A DNA stretch of 64,000 bases from an uncultured Gammaproteobacteria bacterium (GTDB lineage: Bacteria > Patescibacteriota > Microgenomatia > Levybacterales > UBA12049), in contig CAYQEE010000001.1 in assembly GCA_964416445.1 (NCBI GenBank), forward strand, positions 67,676 to 131,675, in the 5' to 3' direction. The notes under the pieces were generated by a model. The model did not search any database, was not told the DNA's origin, and saw only the letters and a program-made list of their open reading frames with translations. The position numbers were made by a program, and so were the translations under genes. Positions 58,322 through 64,000 of the stretch are shown one piece after another (the first letter of the stretch is position 1; every line of letters starts with the position of its first letter).

Positions 58322-61300
58322 CTCGGTATTAAAAATCGGAGTTGCACTTTCGCTCCTTTTTATACCACTCTATCCCAAATTACCGAGTATATCGGTTACT
58401 CATACGTGGGTATATATTCGTGCAGAAGATTTTCTCATTGCAATCGTTACTTTTATCTGGATTGTCTTGTTACTCAGGAAAAAAGTAAAACTTCCTTTTC
58501 CTCTTGCGACACCGATTATTTTATATTGGATAGTTGGACTTATTTCCTTATTATTTTCAGTAATTTTTATTGGACCACATTTAGCTAATTTCTTTCCTAA
58601 AATAGCGGCGCTGGAATATCTACGGAGAATAGAGTACATGATTCTCTTTTTTATTGCGATATCTACCGTTAAAAGTGAAAAAGATATTTTGTTTTATTTA
58701 AAGGTTATTTTTGCAACAGTAACGGGGGTTGTTTTATATGGTTTTGGACAACGATGGTATGTGCTTTTATGGCATCAGTTCCCTAAATTTTTTGAAAAGT
58801 ATCCCTTTTGTTTCCCCTCATTTCAAACAGGAAATGAGGAGTTTGCGAAAGGATTAGCATTATGTCTTCCACCAGATGCGCGAATTACTTCAACATTCGG
58901 TGGACATTATGATTTAGCAGCTTATTTAGTTATTATTATTCCTTTACTTTTTGCCGCAGTTTTTATTTTTAAAAATATCTTTGCAAAAATATTTATTCTT
59001 ATCTTATCTATTGCCTCGTTAATGTTGTTAATATTAACTTCTTCTCGAACATCGTTTGTTGCTTATCTTGTTGGGATTTGTTTTATGCTCTTTTTTGCGA
59101 AACAAAAAAAGTATATCCTTCCGGTACTTATTTTTAGTATTATCCTTCTACTCTCCTTTAGTTCCTCAACAGCACAGCGGTTTCTTGAAACCATTCGCTT
59201 TACTTCTGTCGTTACCAATTCACAAGGGCAAGTTGTTGGGGTGACAACCTCAAGTTTACCAACTGATCTTCAAAAGAAAATATCAAAAAATCCTACGGTT
59301 GTTGCTGCACCTCCTCCATCCCAAAATCTTCCCACAGGTTCAAGTTTTATAACGCTACCAGGAAAGCAGATAACAACCCATGTTGCAGTTGTGCAATCGA
59401 ATGCACCCCAAAGTGTGGTCAAGAATCTCAAATATGCCTATGGAGGACAGGAAATATCAACAATTTCAGGAACATTTCTTGTAAAAAAAGCGCTTGTGTA
59501 CGATATTTCTATTACGACTCGTTTTCAAGCAGAGTGGCCTAATGCTTGGAATGCATTTCTTCGTAATCCTTTTTTAGGAAGTGGTTATAGTTCAATCTCG
59601 CTTGCAACTGATGGTGATTACTTCCGTATGCTTGGAGAAACAGGTGCATTCGGTATGGTAACTTTTGCCCTGATTTTTATGTTCTTTGGTACCCTGGTAT
59701 ATGCTGTTGGGCCTGACGCCCCTAAAACAGCACGTTATTTTGCATATGGATTAGCTGGTGGTATTATTGGTTTATTCATCAACGCAAGCCTCATTGACGT
59801 GTTTGAATCCTCAAAAGTAGCGGAATCACTTTGGTTATTGTCTGGTATTGGTATGGGGGGCATGCTTTTATATCAGAGAGAAAAAATCAATTACAAGTTC
59901 TATATGAAAAAAATATTCACTTCAAATATTCTTATTGGAATTTATTTATTTATTCTTACTGGTATAGTATTTTTTCAAACAATTTCTAACTTCTTCGTAG
60001 CTGATGATTTTACCTGGCTTCGTTGGGCAGGAGAGTCAAATATTCAAGATTTGAAAGGTTATTTGCTGAATGCAAGTGGATTTTTTTATAGACCACTAGA
60101 TAAATTTATTATTTTTGCTTTATTTAGCGTTTCTGCATTCCAACCGCAGTCTTATCATATTTTTATTCTGATACTTCATTTTATCACTACTGTTGGAGTT
60201 TACCTGCTTTTGAAGAAAATTTTTGGAGATAAATTATGGGCGTTTTTAGGATCGGTAATGTTCCTTTTATTGCCGATCCACGGGGAGAATATTTATTGGT
60301 TATCAACTATTTCTACAACCCTATCTTCACTCTTTATTGTTTATGCCACTCTTGCATGGCTTATGTTTCGGGAGAAATCTCTCACAGCATATATTTTTTC
60401 TTTACTCCTCAGTATTTTAGCATTTCTTTCTTATGAAATGGCTATAGTGATTCCAGGAATTTTGCTGATTTCAGATTTTTTTCTTGTTAAGCACAAAAAA
60501 ACATGGCGAATGTTTTTGGCCTACATACCAATTCTTTTTATTATTGGTGGCTATTGGTTTGTGAGACATATCTCTCGCGCGGTATCTTTTGGGGGAGATT
60601 ATGCTTACAGTGGTGTTCATTTTATTCCAAATTTTCTCGGTAATTTCTTTGGATATCTTGGCATTGTTATTTTTGGAGAGTATTTTTTCCCGACGTATAC
60701 GGCTTTACGTTCCAATTTGAGAATGTACTCACTTCCCTTTATTATTTTCTTTGCTGTTATTGTGCTACTGATACTAGGACTAGTTATTGGTAAAAAGAAA
60801 TTCGTTCATCGATGGATGCGTGCAAAAGCATTTCGAATGTGGTTATATGGTATTTGTTTTGCTATTGTAGGATTACTACCTTTTATTGGTCTTGGAAATA
60901 TTACTGAACGGTATGTTTATTTTGCATCACTTGGATTTATTATTTCCTTTGTTTCGATTGTCCAATCTATTGCGCAGATTTTTCTTCAACGGGAGAAAAA
61001 AATGATATATATTTTCGTTGGTATTGTCCTGCTTATTATTATTTGGTTTGGATATGATGTCCGTCGTGAATCGCAACAATGGCAACAAGCTGGTGAGATA
61101 ACGATGAGTACCCTCGGGATTTTACGGAACAACTATGCAGATATTCAACCATCAGCACATCTCTATTTTGTGAATGTGCCAATTCGATATCAAAATGCTT
61201 GGGTTTTTCCAACTGGCCTTACTGATGCTTTGTGGTTTATTTACCGAGATTCAAGTCCAAAAATTTATAGCGTCAAAGATGTTTCTACTGCACATAGCCT

Positions 61301-61379
61301 TATGAGTAGTGAACACGCAGTAAGACAATACATCTTTATATTTAATAAACAAGGAAATATAGGAGAAGTACAACAATGA
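58293..61379 (+). CDS. Fusion: O-antigen ligase/O-oligosaccharyltransferase-like domain + PMT/TMTC-like GT-C domain
   Basis: N-half has RITSTFGGHYDLAAYL, LTSSRTSF and NPFLGSGY...TDGDYFRMLGETG. C-half has FFVADDF, FYRPL, LLPIHGENIYW, SYE and ERYVYF. Confidence 0.7.
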   Translation: MNKLLQFFNSSVLKIGVALSLLFIPLYPKLPSISVTHTWVYIRAEDFLIAIVTFIWIVLLLRKKVKLPFPLATPIILYWIVGLISLLFSVIFIGPHLANFFPKIAALEYLRRIEYMILFFIAISTVKSEKDILFYLKVIFATVTGVVLYGFGQRWYVLLWHQFPKFFEKYPFCFPSFQTGNEEFAKGLALCLPPDARITSTFGGHYDLAAYLVIIIPLLFAAVFIFKNIFAKIFILILSIASLMLLILTSSRTSFVAYLVGICFMLFFAKQKKYILPVLIFSIILLLSFSSSTAQRFLETIRFTSVVTNSQGQVVGVTTSSLPTDLQKKISKNPTVVAAPPPSQNLPTGSSFITLPGKQITTHVAVVQSNAPQSVVKNLKYAYGGQEISTISGTFLVKKALVYDISITTRFQAEWPNAWNAFLRNPFLGSGYSSISLATDGDYFRMLGETGAFGMVTFALIFMFFGTLVYAVGPDAPKTARYFAYGLAGGIIGLFINASLIDVFESSKVAESLWLLSGIGMGGMLLYQREKINYKFYMKKIFTSNILIGIYLFILTGIVFFQTISNFFVADDFTWLRWAGESNIQDLKGYLLNASGFFYRPLDKFIIFALFSVSAFQPQSYHIFILILHFITTVGVYLLLKKIFGDKLWAFLGSVMFLLLPIHGENIYWLSTISTTLSSLFIVYATLAWLMFREKSLTAYIFSLLLSILAFLSYEMAIVIPGILLISDFFLVKHKKTWRMFLAYIPILFIIGGYWFVRHISRAVSFGGDYAYSGVHFIPNFLGNFFGYLGIVIFGEYFFPTYTALRSNLRMYSLPFIIFFAVIVLLILGLVIGKKKFVHRWMRAKAFRMWLYGICFAIVGLLPFIGLGNITERYVYFASLGFIISFVSIVQSIAQIFLQREKKMIYIFVGIVLLIIIWFGYDVRRESQQWQQAGEITMSTLGILRNNYADIQPSAHLYFVNVPIRYQNAWVFPTGLTDALWFIYRDSSPKIYSVKDVSTAHSLMSSEHAVRQYIFIFNKQGNIGEVQQ

Positions 61380-62827
61380 TCGTACTGAGAAAGAAGGAGA
61401 TTATTGTACTTGCTTTAGTTATTGTTTTAGGTTTTATCGTTCGGTTATATCGTTTTTCAAATCCAATTGCCGATTGGCATTCTTGGAGGCAATCAGATAC
61501 CTCCGCAGTATCACGTAATTTTGTACAACATGGATTTGATGTACTTCATCCGCAATATGATGATATTTCTAATGTACAAACAGGTTTTGACAATCCAAAA
61601 GGATACCGATTTGTAGAATTTCCCTTATATAATATTGCACAAGCGGGACTTTTTACCCTCTTCGACCATTTCAATATTGAAGAATGGGGAAGATTCGTAA
61701 CGATTATTTGTTCTCTCTTTTCAAGCGTTTTTATTTTTCTTCTTACAAAACGACATGCGAATACAAGAGCAGCTTTATTTGCAGCAGGTATGTATACTTT
61801 CCTGCCTTATACTATATATTATGGAAGAACTATTTTGCCTGATCCTGCGATGGTTATGGCTATATTAGGTGGTACCTATTTTTTTGATCGTTGGGCCGAA
61901 GCATTTTCCCTGAAACATCGTTATACTTTTTTTTGGTATATTCTCGCAATTCTTTTTATTGCTGCATCAATACTGTTAAAGCCTTATGCATTATTTTTCA
62001 CGTTACCAATTCTTTGGATTGTTTGGAAAAAGTGGGGTCTCAAATTATTTTTACAACCATTTCTATGGGTATTACTTATCGTATCTATTGCGCCACTTGT
62101 ATTCTGGAGAATATGGATGCTTCAATATCCTGAAGGAATTCCCGTTAACGCGTGGCTTTTTAATGGTGGAAACATTCGGTTTACCGGAGCTTATTTTTAC
62201 TGGATATTTGCTGAAAGGATAAGTAAGTTGATACTTGGATATTGGGGTATTTCGCTCCTTGTTCTCGGCCTACTCGCAAGTAATATCAAGAATAAAGGAT
62301 TTTTCTATGCAAGTCTGCTTGGATCTCTCTTGTATGTTGTTATCATTGCACGAGGAAATGTTCAACATGATTATTATCAAATTCTGATCATTCCTAGTTT
62401 AGCTTTTTTCTTTGGGTTAGGTGCTGATTTCCTGCTGTCTCGACAGATCGCGGTATCGATGGTAACGAAAGTAGTCATGCTGAGTCTGTGTATTATTTTT
62501 ACGTTAGCATTTGGATGGTACCAAATTCGTGATTATTTTAATATCAATAATTATGCCATTGTTACTGCAGGACAAGCTGCCAAAGCATTAACTCCTCAAA
62601 ACGCAAAAATTATTGCACCATATAATGGTGATACATCTCTTTTATATCAAACTGATAGAAAAGGCTGGCCAAGTTTTGAAAAGTCATTACCAGAACTAAT
62701 AAAAATGGGTGCTGATTATCTTCTGTTAGTAAATCCTCAGCAAAATGATAGGAATTTAAGTAAAACATATAAATTAGTATCAGGGACAAATGACTATTTG
62801 TTATTTGATCTCCATAAAAAGCCATGA
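61376..62827 (+). CDS. ArnT/PMT-like GT-C glycosyltransferase (GT39/GT83-like)
   Basis: WRQSDT, EFPLY, YGRTILPDP, LLKP and HDYYQ motifs; about 11 TM segments. Confidence 0.78.
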   Translation: MIVLRKKEIIVLALVIVLGFIVRLYRFSNPIADWHSWRQSDTSAVSRNFVQHGFDVLHPQYDDISNVQTGFDNPKGYRFVEFPLYNIAQAGLFTLFDHFNIEEWGRFVTIICSLFSSVFIFLLTKRHANTRAALFAAGMYTFLPYTIYYGRTILPDPAMVMAILGGTYFFDRWAEAFSLKHRYTFFWYILAILFIAASILLKPYALFFTLPILWIVWKKWGLKLFLQPFLWVLLIVSIAPLVFWRIWMLQYPEGIPVNAWLFNGGNIRFTGAYFYWIFAERISKLILGYWGISLLVLGLLASNIKNKGFFYASLLGSLLYVVIIARGNVQHDYYQILIIPSLAFFFGLGADFLLSRQIAVSMVTKVVMLSLCIIFTLAFGWYQIRDYFNINNYAIVTAGQAAKALTPQNAKIIAPYNGDTSLLYQTDRKGWPSFEKSLPELIKMGADYLLLVNPQQNDRNLSKTYKLVSGTNDYLLFDLHKKP

Positions 62828-63999
62828 GAATTCTGGTTGTTTCATCATATTTACCTTTCCCACTCTATTCGGGGGGACATATTCGACTCTATAATTTACT
62901 GAAGGAACTTTCGGCTTCTCATAAAATAACATTAATTTGCGAAAAGAGAGATTATCAAACAGAGCGAGATAGAAGTGAACTTACGAAATTTTGTGAACAG
63001 GTGATAACCGTACCCAGAAGAAAACAATGGACGGTAAGTAATATTGTAAAAACGATATTTTCCAGGTATCCTTTTTTATTAGTAGGACATACCAGTAAAG
63101 AGTTTAAACAGGAAATTGTTAAAGCGTTAAATAATAAGCGTTTTGATGTAATACATGTGGAAACATTTTACGTATATCAGAATATTCCCAAAACATATCT
63201 ACCAGTTGTGCTTGCAGAACATAATATTGAGTATCTTGTTTATCAGCGATATACAAATATTTCTCCAATATATCTTCGACCCTTTCTCGCGCTTGATGTA
63301 ATGAAGATAAAGCATTGGGAAATGAAGAGTTGGCAGTCAGTCTCAAAACTCATTGCTGTTTCTGATAGAGAAAAAGAAATAATGCATAGGGAAAATGTTA
63401 CCGTTGTGCCAAATGGAGTTGATACGAAACTATATAAACTAAAAAGTACTCTTGCTAAGCAAAGACGAAAGGAGAAACGGATTCTCTTTATAGGGGATTT
63501 TAAATGGATTCAAAATATTCAAGCAGTCGAGCAGATTATTAAAAATATCTGGCCGCTTGTGACAGAAAAATTGTCCCTTGAAAATGAGGAGCATTCGATA
63601 AAATTATGGATTGTTGGAAAGAGAATACCACAGCATTTAAAAGCATTACAAGGCAAAAATATTTTTTTTGATGAAAATGCTCCTGATGAAACATGGAAAA
63701 TATATCACCTTGCTGATATGCTTTTAGCACCTATCACGGTAGGTGGGGGCACCAGTTATAAAATACTTGAATCTATGGCAACCGGTTTACCAGTAATAAC
63801 GACTCCTTTAGGAGTAGAAGGAATTGGGGCAAAGAAAAATCAGGAAGTATTGATTGGTGAAACGTCTCAAGAGATAGCGGATCAAGTGGTCAGGCTGATA
63901 CAAGATAAAATGTTGTATGAAACTATTAGCCAGAATGCACGAAAGCTTATTGAGGAAAAATATGATTGGAAAGTGATTTCAAAAAAATTAGAATATGTC
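62824..63999 (+). CDS. GT4 glycosyltransferase, 3'-truncated by window edge (not in the ORF track)
   Basis: ATG 62824 overlaps the upstream stop; translation gives MRILVVSSYLPFPLYSGGHIR...HNIEY...VPNGVD...GGGTSYKILESMATGLPVITT...YDWKVI. Confidence 0.9.
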   Translation, partial: MRILVVSSYLPFPLYSGGHIRLYNLLKELSASHKITLICEKRDYQTERDRSELTKFCEQVITVPRRKQWTVSNIVKTIFSRYPFLLVGHTSKEFKQEIVKALNNKRFDVIHVETFYVYQNIPKTYLPVVLAEHNIEYLVYQRYTNISPIYLRPFLALDVMKIKHWEMKSWQSVSKLIAVSDREKEIMHRENVTVVPNGVDTKLYKLKSTLAKQRRKEKRILFIGDFKWIQNIQAVEQIIKNIWPLVTEKLSLENEEHSIKLWIVGKRIPQHLKALQGKNIFFDENAPDETWKIYHLADMLLAPITVGGGTSYKILESMATGLPVITTPLGVEGIGAKKNQEVLIGETSQEIADQVVRLIQDKMLYETISQNARKLIEEKYDWKVISKKLEYV

Positions 64000-64000
64000 T

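Noticed and set aside
58293-59900. Calling the locus an LPS O-antigen cluster (waaL)
   Set aside because: No lipid A, Kdo or ADP-heptose genes are present in the window. The ligase-like family also includes polymerases and protein O-OTases, so no gene symbol was assigned.
488-63730. The many 60-110 aa ORFs nested in or antisense to long genes (e.g. 2629-2868, 6454-6789, 49053-49331, 63119-63346, 63539-63730)
   Set aside because: They are shadow frames of well-supported genes and have no motifs. The last two lie antisense to the truncated GT4 at 62824-end.
1-64000. CRISPR arrays, tRNA/rRNA, transposases, integrases, defence systems
   Set aside because: No spaced direct repeats, cloverleafs or recombinase/nuclease motifs were seen by eye. 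Nearly all sequence is accounted for by protein genes.

Overview
AT-rich bacterial genomic window with two parts. The gene style (few Shine-Dalgarno sites, -10 boxes close to start codons, compact overlaps, many unassignable membrane proteins) suggests a Patescibacteria/CPR, Microgenomates-like genome, but this is inference only because no marker gene is present. (1) About 2.4-12.1 kb holds a coenzyme F420 module: cofE-cofD-cofC, three luciferase-like F420-dependent oxidoreductases, an orphan multi-PAS histidine kinase and an inserted 785-aa unknown gene. No FO synthase (cofG/cofH/fbiC) and no dehydro-F420 reductase domain is seen in the window, which suggests salvage of deazaflavin. (2) From about 12.7 kb to the window end is a >51 kb surface-glycan locus. 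It encodes many GT2/GT4 glycosyltransferases, a Wzx-like flippase, five SDR epimerases plus galE, a complete GDP-heptose pathway (gmhA, hddA, fused hddC-gmhB), fdtA/fdtB, two divergent UDP-GlcNAc 2-epimerase homologues, a glf split by a single extra base in a T8 tract, five GT-C-type membrane glycosyltransferase domains (one fused to an O-antigen-ligase-like domain) and three related small membrane proteins with a shared C-terminal motif. No rRNA, tRNA, CRISPR array or transposase was recognised.
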